A stretch of 64,000 nucleotides of DNA from Peribolospora baueri (taxonomy: Eukaryota). The first letter of the stretch is position 1, and each line of letters starts with the position of its first letter. The DNA lies in the NCBI GenBank assembly GCA_029717555.1, contig JAMDHS010000095.1:1-64000 (forward strand), read 5' to 3'. Of the stretch, positions 45,611 through 58,144 are shown in pieces. The notes under the pieces were generated by a model that made no database searches, was not told where the DNA came from, and worked only from the letters and a program-made list of their open reading frames with translations. The translations under genes and the position numbers were made by a program.

Positions 45611-47320
45611 ATGGCCGCCGGCCCGCCGTCGCGCGTGGCTTCCCGCTCCGCCTTCCTTGCCGCCTCCTCCTCCCGGTCTCTCTTCAAGCCGTCGTTCTCA
45701 GCTCGTAGCTCGTCGCCGCCGCCGTTCGATCCCATCACGCAGTGGTACTCGCGCGTCCTCTTCCCGCCTAGTCATCCCCTGCCCCCAGCGCCCTTGCTCG
45801 AGTCATCGGCACTACATCTCGTCTCTCAAGAACTCTACACGTGGCTGGCGCTCATCGCCCGCGAGTTCATTCTCCCATGGTACGGCAAATTCACCAAGGA
45901 CAGGGAGTTCCTGGCCGCCATCGCACACGTCGTCGGTCACTTCTTGCGCGGGGTGGAGAAGAGGTTGGGGAGCGAGGAAGGGCAGTTGGCGTTGAGGAGG
46001 CTGATTGTGCTCGAACTGCCCACGATTGTCAGGCAGCACTATGAGGACTATCGTCTGGCCGACTCCAAATTTGGCAGCACGAGCGTGGGAGGGGTGGCTC
46101 GGGTAGAGGAGCTCTTCCACGCCCTTCAACCCCATGTCGCTGTGAGCGCTGACGGGCAAATCGATGATGCGTATTTGAGAGCGGCGGTGGAGCGAGTGAT
46201 GCAGGAGAACCTGCCTCCAGAGGATTGGAAGGCTGAGACGGAAAGGTTCATTATCAGGGAGATTGTCGTGCGCGTCGTTCTACGGAACATCTTCGTCAAA
46301 GTGCCCCAGCCTTGGATGATACACAACCTACTTCTCAAGGCGCTCGAACCGGTGCAGGTGCGCTATGGTTTTGCTCTTTTCTTGACATGCGGGCCTTTGC
46401 TCATTCCCTCGCTTTCCTCACATGCGTTGATGAATACCGGCAGTCTCGCAGCTACTCGCCTTCATCATCGTCTACGTCGCTGGTCGATCAAGCATTGAAA
46501 ACGTTTGGCCACCTGTTTTTGGCGTTGTCCATGATGGTCTCTGTGCTCGCTCCACGAGTTGTCCGCTACTTTAGCAGTCTCCTCGGCTCGAACAACAAGG
46601 CCCCAGGCCGGGACTCCGATGCCAGTTCAGATGGCGCTCCGCAGGCGGGCGAGGGTAAGATGCCAACATCGGACGATGTAATGAGCCCATTCGACCTGCC
46701 CCCGGGCACGTCTTCCCTAGGTCCGTCCCTGCGGATGGTGGAGGTCATCCTGACGACCCAGAACCGCGCAACGAGCAGGCAGGTCATTGGCTTGGCGGCG
46801 ATGGCGGCCGGTGCAGCAGGTCGAAACCTGGACATGTGAGCGTCACGCCTTCAGAGGAAGCGATGAAGAGCACACGTACGGACCAAACTTTTAACCTCTT
46901 TCGCCTCGCTACAGGTTCCTCGCCACGACCCTCTCTCGCACTCTCCTCAACAATCCGTTCCGACTGGCCAAGCTCCTCTCTCAAGCCCGAGCTTCCCTCT
47001 TTCCGGGAGGCCACCTCGCCCTCACCCTTCCAGACCCATCTCCGGCTGAGCAATTCCAGATCCGCCAACGCCTCGAACAACGCTTGCTCGATGTCGTTCC
47101 GCCGTTCGTGCGAAGACTCGTCCTCGGTCCGGATAACGAAACCGCGTTGATTACCATTAGCGCTGCCCTCGATCCCGTGTCGAGCTACGCTTGTAACACG
47201 AGGCTAGCTCTCAAAGTTGTGGAGAGGGTGTTGGTCGTGATGTGCCCTACGTTGGAGGCCTCGCCGGAGAGTATGGAGGAAGGGGAGGGAGCCAGTGAGG
47301 GTCTACGAACGGCTATGTGA
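45611..47320 (+). CDS. PXA-domain-containing protein
   Basis: ELYTWLALIAREFILPWYGKFTKDREF...LPTIVRQHYEDYR...FHALQPHVA...YLRAAVE...LPPED..AETER.IIREI...QPWMI is a PXA domain. Later exons join by GT-AG introns. Confidence 0.85.
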
Positions 47321-47370
47321 TGACCTGAGGCTATGTGATGACCTGATATGACAATATGACAGTATGATAA
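47311..47370 (+). repeat. 18-bp tandem duplication over the PXA stop codon, followed by three degenerate 8-mers
   Basis: GGCTATGTGATGACCTGA occurs twice (47311-47346), followed by TATGACAA TATGACAG TATGATAA. Confidence 0.85.
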
Positions 47371-47653
47371 CGAGCCCCAACCATACCACGACAGTCTTGT
47401 CTTCCCAAACACGTTGCTCATGGCCTTTGTCATTTCAGCATGAAGTCGGTTCAACATGCCCGAATATTCGAGCAGAACTAGACGTAGGAACCGACGGAGC
47501 ATCTTGGAGAATCCGATCGGCGGTTGCCGCAGTCAGTTGTAGACGTAAGCCACTAGTCAGTCACCCCGCACGAGACGAACGTCTGGTCGTCGTCGTCGTC
47601 GCCGCCGCCGACCATTAACAGAACGACCGTGTAGCCGTCCCAACTATAGCATC

Positions 47654-49218
47654 ATGTCCGAGCTTTTAGACCCGGCGGCTCTTCTCGAGCAGATCCCGTG
47701 TCTTACGCCGGACGGCAAGATCACATCGCCGTACGAAGCCCTCTCCGTGCTCGTCCACGCCGTCTTCCACCGCCTCGGCTTCCGTCTCGTCGGCCTTGGC
47801 GAGGACGGTGATTTACCGGTTGCCAACCCTTGGGGAGGGAGCGAGCAAGCCATCGTGGATGGTGCGGATGGAAAGGGGACACTGCCTGAAGGGTGGAACA
47901 AAAACGGGCCAGATCATTATGCGTTCAGGTACAAGCATGAGCAGAGCAGCCTGGAGTACCTCGTCAAAGTGATCAGGATGGGCAACAAAGCGTTGGTCCA
48001 CGCCACCAATCTGCAGGTGACTGCTTTTCGGCGGCAGGGTCGGTCTTGACTCTGTAGCACGTTTGTTTTCCTCGCCTCGTTCCTTACCCTCGTTCGTCCG
48101 ATGTCGTTCCTCGCAGGACAACAAGACGGCCACCGCCGAGGTGCCCATCCCAGACTACTTCTCTTCCTCTTACTTCACTCATCCTTCTCCGCTGTCTCGG
48201 GACGGCCGACCAGAACCGCTGGTGAACGGGTTCATCAGCTCTACGCGGATGCGCGACCTCATCAGGCTCCTGCAGTACCATGTCATCCAGAAGCTCGTGC
48301 CGGGGTTGAGGAAAGAGGGGTATCAAGAGACGAGTGGGGAAGGCGTCGCGGGGGCCGGAGAGGGTGGCGGAGCTGGGACGGCGGCGGGTGGAAGCGGTGG
48401 AGCGAGCTCCGGTCGTGGAGGTGGTGCCGGGCCAAGCGGTGGGTTTGTTCCCGCAGTTGGCCAACCTCCCAGCGGCCGGCCTCCGTTCTTTGATGACCCG
48501 GACGACCCGACGTGAGTGAATCGCCTGGCCGTTCGTCGACTGCGAACCTTTCCTCGCTCCTCTCATAGCACGATAAGGCCAGCTCATGTTCCGCACCCTT
48601 TCTTTGTTCCCGTCATCTTTGCTCGATTACAGCATGCCCCGCCTCCCCGATCTGGGACGAAGTCCGTGGTCCGTAGGGCACGATGACCTCAACCCCCTCC
48701 CACGCCCAGGAATGGGCGGGCCGGGTGGCTTCGCCCCTCCGCCCCTCTTCCCGGGGCGAGGAGATACGGGAGGAGGCATGTTCGTAGGGCCGGAGCATCC
48801 CATGTTCCGTGACCGGTTCCAGAATCCCAACTTAGGTCCTGCCGGCGGTGTCGGCGGGCCATCGGGACCGGGGCGGGGGGGTGGTGGTGCGATGACGGGT
48901 CCGTGGGGCGGGGACGGCTTCTTGCCCCCGCGGGGCGCCCCTCCGGGGGCGAGGTTCGATCCCGTAGGCCCATGGACCTCAGGTCCCGGCGGCGTCCAAG
49001 GCCAAGGCGGAAGAGGAGGAGGAGGACCGCCGGATCAGGGCCGAGGCGACCCGGACTTTGACGAGCTCTTGCCCCCCGGTCCTGAGGGTCCTGAACCGGG
49101 CGTCGGTGGTCCATTGGGTGGTCCCGGCGGTGCTGGACGTGGACGAGGCGGCTTCGGCGGCGGCGGTGGCGGCGGTGGCGGCGGCGGCTTTGGAGGGTAT
49201 GGGGACATGTTCATGTGA
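47654..49218 (+). CDS. PSMF1: Proteasome inhibitor/regulator PI31 (PSMF1/Fub1 family)
   Basis: N-terminal FP domain: LVHAVF..LGFRLVGLGE, LPEGWN...YAFRYKHEQSSLEYL. Pro/Gly-rich C-terminus with GHDDLNP, GGMFVGPEHPMF, PPGARFDPVGP, DPDFDE and terminal DMFM (HbYX-like). Confidence 0.92.
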
Positions 49219-49710
49219 CCGCTCGTCCTGTTTGTTTTTCACTCGTCAGAAGAAACGCAAAGGTCGGTCTCGAGCAGTCGTAGTGCGCTCGTTCGCTGGC
49301 CCGAGCGTGGATGACGACGGGGCGGCCGGCCGGAGGCGCGCGCCATCGGGTCTCCCTCCGGCGGTACGCTTTTCCCGTTTCTCCACTTCACATGTGGCGC
49401 GATGTTTCTATGATGATATGAAATTTCCTTTTTACGAGGCTAGGGAGCGGGAGAGGGAGGTGTAACACAGGAGGCGGACGTAGCCGAGGCGTGATGACAT
49501 GAGACGGGGGGCTGGCTTGTATATACGGCGTATGTGGGCAAGGGATGCGTGAGATGAGAAGAGAAGGGGGTCCAAGAGAGACGAAGAGGAAGAAGGAAAA
49601 GCGTGTAAGGGGAGAGAAGAAATGGGATCGATCTCTGGGTGCAGAACTCGGGGTGGCCGTCACGATGAGCGGCTGAAAATCGTTCGAACGGCCGAAACAA
49701 CGTGGGGGGT

Positions 49711-52700
49711 TTAGGGGGGGTTGTGAGAAGAAGAAGAGGTGGAGGGAGGAGCCCCTTGCCGGACGGGCTCAATGTCCAACAAATCCTCCAAGTCGTCCGA
49801 TCCGCCCAGGATGCCCAACCCAAACGAGGAAGGTGCAGAAGAGGTCGTTGTCGTGGATGCGGGCGGGCCGAGGCCGAGGCTGACACCGCGTGCTCCATTG
49901 GCATCTTTAGCGCTAGCGGTCTTGAGTGTTGCCGCGGCGACGACGGAAGGTGCTTGGGCGGAAGGAGAGGAGGCGGAGACGGAGGTGGAAGCAGAAATGG
50001 TGAGATCGAACAAGCTCCTCGCGCTCGGCGGGGGCGGTCCAGCGACGACCGAGTCGTACAGCGCCTTTTTGCCAGTCTTGCCAGCCGAGGCTAACGGAGA
50101 CACGGCGGGATCGCCGCCGAAGCCTGGGACGGCGGCGCCGTCGCCGGTTCTCGCGAGCCTCCCATTGCGCCTCGCTGAGCGGGCTGCGGGCGTGCTGGAC
50201 GGGTGGATGAAGGTGGGCGTGGCGGGAAAAGGGGAGGAGGAGGTGAAGGAGGTGGGGGGAGCCATCGAGGCAGCGGAGTGAGCCGAGACTCGGTCACGTT
50301 CGTTCGCGTATGCGCCGGCGCCGTAGCCATAGCCATAGCCGCTGCGGGACGGCGAGGAGGAAGGCAAGGTGGACGAGGAAGACGCCTTGAGGTCGGGCGT
50401 GGAGAGGAGGCCGAGGTAATGGGCGGCGTGGGCGGCAGAGAACGTGGCCGTGGGCGTCGCGGCGGTCGTCGTCGCGCGGTTCGTTCGTGACCTATCTTGC
50501 AAAGGCGAGGTGACGGAGGCGGCAAAGAGCGAGCCGTCCCTCGAACTTTCGCGGCCGCCGGCGCCGCGTCGAGCAGAGGACGGACCTCCGGGTCCGAAGC
50601 CGGACGGTGTGGTGGGCTCGGCGGAGAACGTGAGTCCGGGCAAGGTGCCACCGCTTCCGTAGACGGGTCCGAAGATGTCCTGACCAGGAGTGACGAGACC
50701 GTTGATCCAGCCGGCCGAAGTGGGACCGGCGCCATACGACGACGAACGCTGGTGGTCATAGGCGCCCGCGGTGCTCCCGCCAGAGCCACCGCTGCCGTAG
50801 GTCCCGTAGGCTCCCCTTCCGCCGGAGCTCCCGCCGGCGTGGGGTCCGCGCTTGGGGGTCTGAGCATTGCGGAAGCCGAGAGCGGCACCGGAGAGGTGTC
50901 GTGAAGGGGTGGAAAGGAGGTCATGAGGGGCCCCGTGATCGTCAAAGTCGTCGTCATCATCATCATCGTCGTCGTCGTAAAAGCCGTCGTCGTCGTCGTC
51001 CCACGAACGACGACGAGAACCGGGACGGCGACCACCGAAGGCGTCTTCGTCCTCGAAGAGCGAGCCGCCCAACCGGGCGCCGTCGGCGCCGGTGAGCGGA
51101 GACGGCGTGCTTTCGCGATGATACCGTCGACCGGACCCGGACCCGGACTGGCGGCGGGCATGAGCGGACGCGAAAGGGCGCTCCCTTCTCCGCTTCCCCG
51201 AGCTGCCGCCGCCGGCGGCGCGGGCGCCGGCGCGACCGGAGTGGTGGAGGGCGCCGAAGGAAGACGATCCCGCTCCTCTTGCACCTGCGGAACGGGACGG
51301 GGAGGCGGAACCGGGGCCGATGTCGGCGAAGACGTCGACGTCGACGTCGGCGGCGGCGGCATCGGAAAACTTTCTCTTACCGCCGCTCCTCGAGAGAGTC
51401 AGGTTGTCGTCGGCCGGACGGCGGGAGCCGGCGCCACCGCCTCTTCTGGGCGTTACGGGCGGTGGGAGGCGTTGTTGTTGCCTACCGACGCTGTTCCGAC
51501 CAAGCGGCGAGCCAGGCGAGGCGACCGGCCATCCGGTACGCTCGGCTCGCTGCCTGCCCTGCAACACGTCGTCGTCGGCGGATGGAGCGGTCGGAGGGGT
51601 GGTGGTGGCGTGGACAAGGGCTCGGTCGCCGTCGTTGCCGGCGGGCGCGACGGACCGCTTGCTCGACCTCCTGCTGGCGCGCCTCCTGACCGAGCTTCTC
51701 CTCTTGCCGCTGCCGGGCAAGAGGTCGTCGACGTCCGGCGAAGGCGCGAGGACGAGGGCCGAGTCGAGAGCGAAAGCGCCCCGGTTTCTCGGTTCGTCGT
51801 CGGTGTGAACAAAGACGGGCTGGTGCTGGTGCTGGTGGAGAGACGAGGTGGAGGCGCCAGAAGAAGAGAGTAAGGCGGCGGTGTGCTGTGCTTGGCGTGT
51901 GGGTGTGGCGAGCAAGTGGGCGCTGCCTCGGCCGAAGAGGGAGGTGCCGAGGGGCGTGCTCTCGCCCGTGCCGAGCCCGTCCACCACGTCGTCTTCGTCA
52001 TCTTCGTCGTCTTCGTCGTCCGCATTCGCCTCCATCGGGCCGCGCACGACTTCCACGTCGTCGGCGCCGGCGACGCAGGCGTCGCAGAACCACTGCTCGT
52101 CCAGCTCCCCTTCGTCCTGCACACCGATGCACGAGAGATGATACCAGCCACGACAGCCATCGCAGCCGACCATGGGCCGACCATCGTCGCCTCTGCCGCA
52201 GTGACAGCCGGACGAGGCGACCACGCATTCCTTGGACAAGGAGGGGCCCCGGCGAGAGCGACGAGAGTTGGCCGTGGACCTCGTTCTGACCGTACCGGTA
52301 CTCTGGCGAGGTCGATGGGGCGTCCTGGGCGGCGGGGGCGGTGCCTCGGCCGCTCTCCTGGCTGCAAGACGAGCTCTGACGCGAAGCGCCTTGGAGACGC
52401 GACGAAGAGGGAAATGAGAAGAGCAGAGAACGAAAAAAATCGGCGGATGCGCGAGAGGCAAAAAAAACTCCTATAGTCAGCACACCCCTCCTCCCTCCTC
52501 CCTCCTCCCTCCTCCCTCCTCCCTCCTCCCTCTCTCCTCCTCCTCTTCCTCCCCAACCCTTCCCACTCACCTTGGCAACCATAGGATGCACGCCAGCCCT
52601 TTTAACCGCCGCCATATCCTCGCTGCCTTTTTTGTGTTGGCCGACGGACCTCTCCTGTATGTGTTCGTGTTCCAATCCTGGTTCGTCGGGATCGAAATCC

Positions 52701-54682
52701 GAATCCGAATCCCTAGAGCTCGCCAACCACCTCTTCATCATCGCACTTTCCGTCCCCTTCCCTTCTCCTTCTCCGCCTTTCCATCTCGCCGCCGCGCCAG
52801 CGAGCTGAGCAAGAGCTTGTCTGGGCGAGAAGGGGTGTAGCTCGGTTGTCGTCGTCGTTTGCGGTTGCGGTTGCGGTTGTGGTGCGGGGACGTCTGTAAA
52901 GGCGACCGAGGTTTGACTCTGCCCTGCGACGGCTCCTCTTCCGTAAGATGAGGACGCGGGCGCGGCGGCAGCAGAAGAAAAGGAGGAAGAAGCAGAGGAA
53001 GAAAAGAGGGCGAGGGCGGGGGCAGGAGAAGGTGGAAAGGAAGAGGCGATGGAGAAGCTGGGGCTCGGGTCGGCGTTGGAATGCGATTTGGCGGTACTCG
53101 GAGTGAGGGCAAGATCGGGAGGGCCCTCCGTCTCCGTCGCCGTCGCCGTCGCTCCCGCTGCTGCGACGATCCCCGACCTCGACCACTCTATCCCCGCGAC
53201 CGGTTCGGCAAAATCTCGGCTCGTGCGCTCGGCGTAAGAACGGGCGAGGTGGGAAGCGACGACGAGCCTGCCCATGCCCTGGATGGTGACGGGGACCAAG
53301 GAGGCGTGTTCACCAGAGCCGGGAGCGAGTGCGAGGGCGTCGAAATCCAAGCCCCTGGCGGACGCTTCGAGTCGGTCGACAAACTCGAGCTTGAGCCTGC
53401 CGTGGTCGGTGTCCGAGAAGACGGGCGCCAGCCTGACTTCTTCTCCTCCTTCTACTCCTCCCTCTTCTCCTCCTCTTCTTCGGCCTTCACCCTGTTCATT
53501 TCGCTGGCGTTCGGCAGAGAGCGTCCGTCGCGGAGGCACAATGGCTTTGACGAGACCGGCGCTCTGCGACGAAAACAGGGCGGCGGAGGAGGAAGAGGAA
53601 GACGAAAAAGAAGAATCCGACTCGGTTTCGTGTTCGGGCTCGGGCTCGGGCTCGAGCGTAGGCAGCGACGAGGCGAAGGACGAAGACGGAGGAGGCAAGG
53701 CAGAAGAGGTACGAGATAAGTCCAAGTCGACTCCTCCGCCCAGCCTTCTCCCTCTGCCGGGCGTCTCGAGGACTTGCTTCTGCTCCGGTCTGCCTCCTTC
53801 CCTGCGCACTTGGTCAAGGAAGGGTGCCTCGCTTCCTTCGCATCTCAGCGGGAGAGTACGAGGCGGCGAAAGGGAGGGAGACGGCGTGCGAGAGAGGGGC
53901 GCGGGAAGGGAAGAGCGGACGAGGCCCGGCGTGGTGCTCGCGGGGGGTGGGAGCGAAGCTTGGGTGCGCTCGGGTGTTCTCGGCGGCGGTGGCAGTGAGG
54001 CGACTTGATCGGGCGGCGTCGCGCTGGGACGACCCGTCTTGGCGCTCGGATTCGGACTGGGGCTCGAGGCGAACGAAAGACCGAGGTTAGTTGACGGTGC
54101 GGGAAGGTCCAACCCGTCATCGTCGTCGTCGTCGGCGGCGCCCGAGGAAGAAGAGCAAGGGGCCAAAACGGCAGGGGTTATGGCGGGCGTGGCTCTAGGC
54201 GTCCAAGCGTCGAGGGTGTTGGGGAAGGAGGAAGTGTAGGCCTCCGAGGGGGAGGTCTCGCCTGCGGAGAGTCGAGCGAAGAAGGCGCGGTGGCCGGTCA
54301 GACGGCCGGAAGAGCCGCCGGCGGTGGCGGCGGCGGCGGCGACGACGACGACGCCATCTACGCCGTCGTCCTCGGGCGTGGGCAGATAAGGGTTGACGGG
54401 CTGTTGGAGGGGCTTTGTGGGTGGCTTTGCTACGGGCTTGACGTCAGCCTGGGTAGGAGAGGCATGGGTCTGGGCGGCGACGTCCTTGAAGCGACGAGGG
54501 CGGTGACCGGGAGAGTTGTTGGTCGGCTTGAGAGCGGGTCGGGCGGAGGAAGGGGTGCGAGAGGGAGAAAAGGAGGGGGACGGTGCGGCGGGGGAGAACA
54601 TGATCGGGGCCGGCGGAAAGGGTCAGAAGGGAAGACAAAGGCGAAGGCGAACGGCGTCGTGGTGGACGTCGTGGGCGGTCAT
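49711..54682 (-). CDS. Large low-complexity PHD-finger protein
   Basis: PHD finger: CHCGRGDDGRPMVGCDGCRGWYHLSCIG...WFCDAC. An in-phase intron at 52390-52570 (AAG|GTGAGT...CAAG|GCG) joins the two long ORFs. Start is either 54682 (via candidate intron 54527-54652) or 54601. Confidence 0.8.
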
Positions 54683-55356
54683 GCGCAGGAAGGTGGGGAT
54701 GGTGGTGGTGGTGGTGGTGGTCGACGGTGGCGACGGATATCGGATATGAGCAAGAAAGAAGGAGGCTAGTGGTGATCTGATCTGACCTGACGATGGTGAA
54801 TGACCGTCGACGGCGTCAAAGAGGATACGACGGAGGATGGCGGGCGCGGGCGACTGTAAGGGGGCGTGCCTAGTCCGTCCGGTGAGGCGGGACAGATGTC
54901 GTCGATCGCTTGGTGGTTGGCCTTGGCGGTGGTAGTCGTGTTTGTCTGATGTCGGAGGGAGGGTTAGGGGAGATGGATGATGGGCGGGAGAGGAGGCACG
55001 AGGGTGGGTTAGGGAGGAGGGAATGGAGGAGACAGAGAGAGAGAAAAGAGCGATTTCAGTCGCGGATCGGATCGACGGAGTGGAGAAAGCCAACGACGCG
55101 TGCAGCCACGCCCTCCTTCGTCCGTCCGTCGGTCGAACGGGCGGGCGGGCGGGATGGAGAAAGAAAGAAAGAAAGAAAGAAAGAAATTGATTCGTTTCAT
55201 CGACGTCATGTCACATCCATTCATCCCCTCTACGTCACATGCCCTCCTTCCGTCGTCCCCTTGGACGCTACCCAGCTACGCATACACACGACCGGGACGC
55301 CGAGGAGTCTGGCCGGGCACGCGCATCACATGCGGTGAGAGCACCACCCATCCAGT

Positions 55357-55600
55357 ACGTGTATATACACGTGTATCGCACACGACAGGCGCAGCCAGAA
55401 CAGAACCGAACAGAGCACGAGCACGACCGAGGCGGCGTGACGCGAGGGAGGAAAAAAAAAGGGGAGGAGAGGAAGTAAAAAAGCCGGCCTCGGTTTCCGC
55501 CGCGTTCCATTTCCGCGCGGCTCGCCTATGCGCGTCGCGTAAATGGACACGCACAGTGACGACCGACGGCGCACGTGGAGGTTGTGGGAGGAGTCACGTG
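55357..55600. promoter_or_regulatory. E-box (CACGTG) cluster and 16-bp palindrome in the divergent PHD/palI promoter
   Basis: Palindrome ACGTGTATATACACGT at 55357-55372. CACGTG at 55368, 55572 and 55595. Confidence 0.4.
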
Positions 55601-55977
55601 CGATGCGGTGCGCTGTGCCATGTGACGCTGTCGCCGCCACTATCGCCGCCATGGCCGCGCCGTGTTCGACGATTCGTTTCCGTCGAGGCTATGATGCGAT
55701 GGTGCCGACGCCTTGGAGAGGACAAGCCAGCTTAACCCTTCTCTCCTCTCCACCACCACCTTCCATCCCACCTCCCGGCCTCTCGCTCACTGACCTTTCC
55801 TCCTCTCTCTCTTCCCTTTTCTCGACGACCACCCCCCGTGCGCCATCGGCAGCCCGGCTAAACGCAACGCCGTCGCAGACGTAGACACAGACAAGACGCA
55901 ACCGCCGCCTGCGGTACCCCGCGCCCCTGGCCCGCCGCTTCCTTTTTCGCTCCCTAGCACCGCCGCCGCCGCCCGCG

Positions 55978-58144
55978 ATGGCCTTCCGGCCAGCCACGCC
56001 AGGGACGATCCTGAGCCTGGCAGCCGCCGTCCTCCTCCTCATCGTCACCCTCTCCGTCCCCTACCTCAAGTCCGTTTACTTCCTCACCGCCTCCGTCTCC
56101 GCCTCCCACGGCGTCCAGGGCGTCAACGACGCAACGTTCGGCGTCTTTGGCTATTGTGTCGGCAACACCTGCTCCAACAGCACACTCGGATACGAATTCA
56201 GTGAGCCCGCGGAAAGAATAAGGACGATAAGCGCAACATCCTCCGTCCCGCCTTCCCGTTCACTCACTCACCGCTTCTCCATTCCCCTCCAGATCCCAAC
56301 TCTCTCCTCGGCCTCGACGGCTTCATCCACATACCCACCGTCCTCGTCAAATGGCTCACCTACGCTCTCGTTCTCCACCCCGTCGGTCAGTCCGAGTCCT
56401 GTCCTTGTCCGAGCGCGCCTCGTGTTCTCACCACCGAGGAACCCCGCTTCCCTTCTTCTTTTCTGGGCCCACAGCCCTCGGAGTGGCGGCGCTCGCCTTC
56501 ATCGTCGGCCTCCTCGCCCACTTCCGTGAAATGTCCGGCTCGTGCTTCACCTCGTGCCTCTCTTCTCTCGCCGCTACTCTCACCCTCGTCGCCTTTGGCT
56601 TCGACCTCGCCCTCTTCGTCATCGCCGAGAAGCGCATCAATTCAGTACATGGCGCCTCGGCGTCGCTCGGTAACGCCCTCTGGCTCACCCTCGTCGCCTG
56701 GATCCTCCTCTTTCTCGCCGGCTTCAGCTTTTGTTGCAGTAGATGCTCCTCTCGTAGGAGAGGTCCCAGAGGCCACGATCGGCCCTCCAACTTTTCCTCC
56801 GGCCCCGCTCCCCTCCCCGCCAGCGTGGGCGCCATGGGCGGCGAGTCGTACGCGGACCAAATGCGCATGGACGCCATCCGAGCGGAGAACGACCGCAAGC
56901 GCCGGCAGGCCAACTCCACCTCCGACTCGCTGCCCAAGTTTGCCGAGTACGAGGTGGAGAGCATACCGCTCCGAGCGGCGGACATGAACGAGGACGTATG
57001 GGCGGACGACCACCATGGCCACTTGGCTTACTCGGACGTCGGAGCAGGAGGAGGAGGCCTTTACAGGGACGGCAGCGTCGTCCCTGGCGTCGGCGCCGGC
57101 TACGGTCGTCGACCGACCCAACGTGGCGGCGGCGCCATGGCTGGCCTCGCCGGCGCCGCCGGACCGGGCATGGGCGTGGGCATGTACGATCAACCGTACC
57201 ACCCGCCGGTCGTCATCGGCGGGCCGGCTCATCCTGTGCCCCCTGGAAGAGCCGGCTACGGCGCCCACGGCCAGTCATCCTCTTCCATCTCCGCTCCGGG
57301 AGCTGCCTTTTTCAACGCCTCGCAAGTCGGCTCAGAGTACGACGGCTCCGGCTCCGGCGTCGGCATCGGCGCTCACTCTGACGGTCCTTACCCCTCTCAT
57401 CCTGGCGGCCCTTCCCACCACGACTACTCGGACCTTGCGGCAGCTGCCGGAGTCGGCGCCGCAGGAGCAGCGGCCGCTGCTGGAGGAGGCGGCGGCGGGC
57501 CGGTGACGTACGAGAACGACGGCATGTACGTCGTCCATCACCAAATACCCTCTTCCTCCGCCTCTGCGTACGCCTACCCGAACCCATCCGACGCTCAGGG
57601 AGGACAAGGGCTAGGGCACGAACACGAAAACAACGGACACGAGCAAGACATCTCCGCACTCTCCATGCCCTCCTACCCCTCTTACCAACCCTCCCCATCC
57701 GCCCCAGGTCAAGCCGGAGCAGGGGCGGGCTCATCGAAAGCTAGGAGGCTTAGCAAAGGCGCTCTGCCGATGCTGCCGTCTACGGGGATACAGTATAACG
57801 GCGCGAGTGGAGGGACTTTTGATGACGGTTTTGGTCTCCTCTCCGCAGGCGGTTCGGGTGCGGGCGCGGATGTGGGTGTGGGTGGAGGAGGAGGCCCACC
57901 ACCACCAGAGAAAGCGGGAGGCGCCATCGGCGGCCCATCCTCTTCCCTTTCCCCTTCCACCACGGGCGCGGGTGGGGGCGCTTTGTCGGCCTCGCCACCG
58001 TCGTATACGAGCCACGATGGTCAGCGCGGTTTGCCGGCCTTACCAGGACAAGGGCCGGGACAAGGACTAGGACAAGGACAGGGACAAGGACAGGGACAAG
58101 GCGGGGGAGGGTATCCGAACGACAAGGAATCGAGGATGTATTGA
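55978..58144 (+). CDS. palI: PalI/Rim9/SUR7-family membrane protein with long cytoplasmic tail
   Basis: N-terminal TM PATPGTILSLAAAVLLLIVTLSVP..KSVYFL and the claudin-like loop motif FGVFGYC...CS...LGY. This is followed by WLTYALVLHP, further TMs (AFGFDLALF, LGNALWLTL) and a G/P/S-rich tail. Two GT-AG introns. Confidence 0.87.

Noticed and set aside
47316..47346. GTGATGA/CTGA resembling snoRNA boxes C and D
   Set aside because: The boxes are adjacent with no room for a guide, and they are explained by the stop codon and local duplication.
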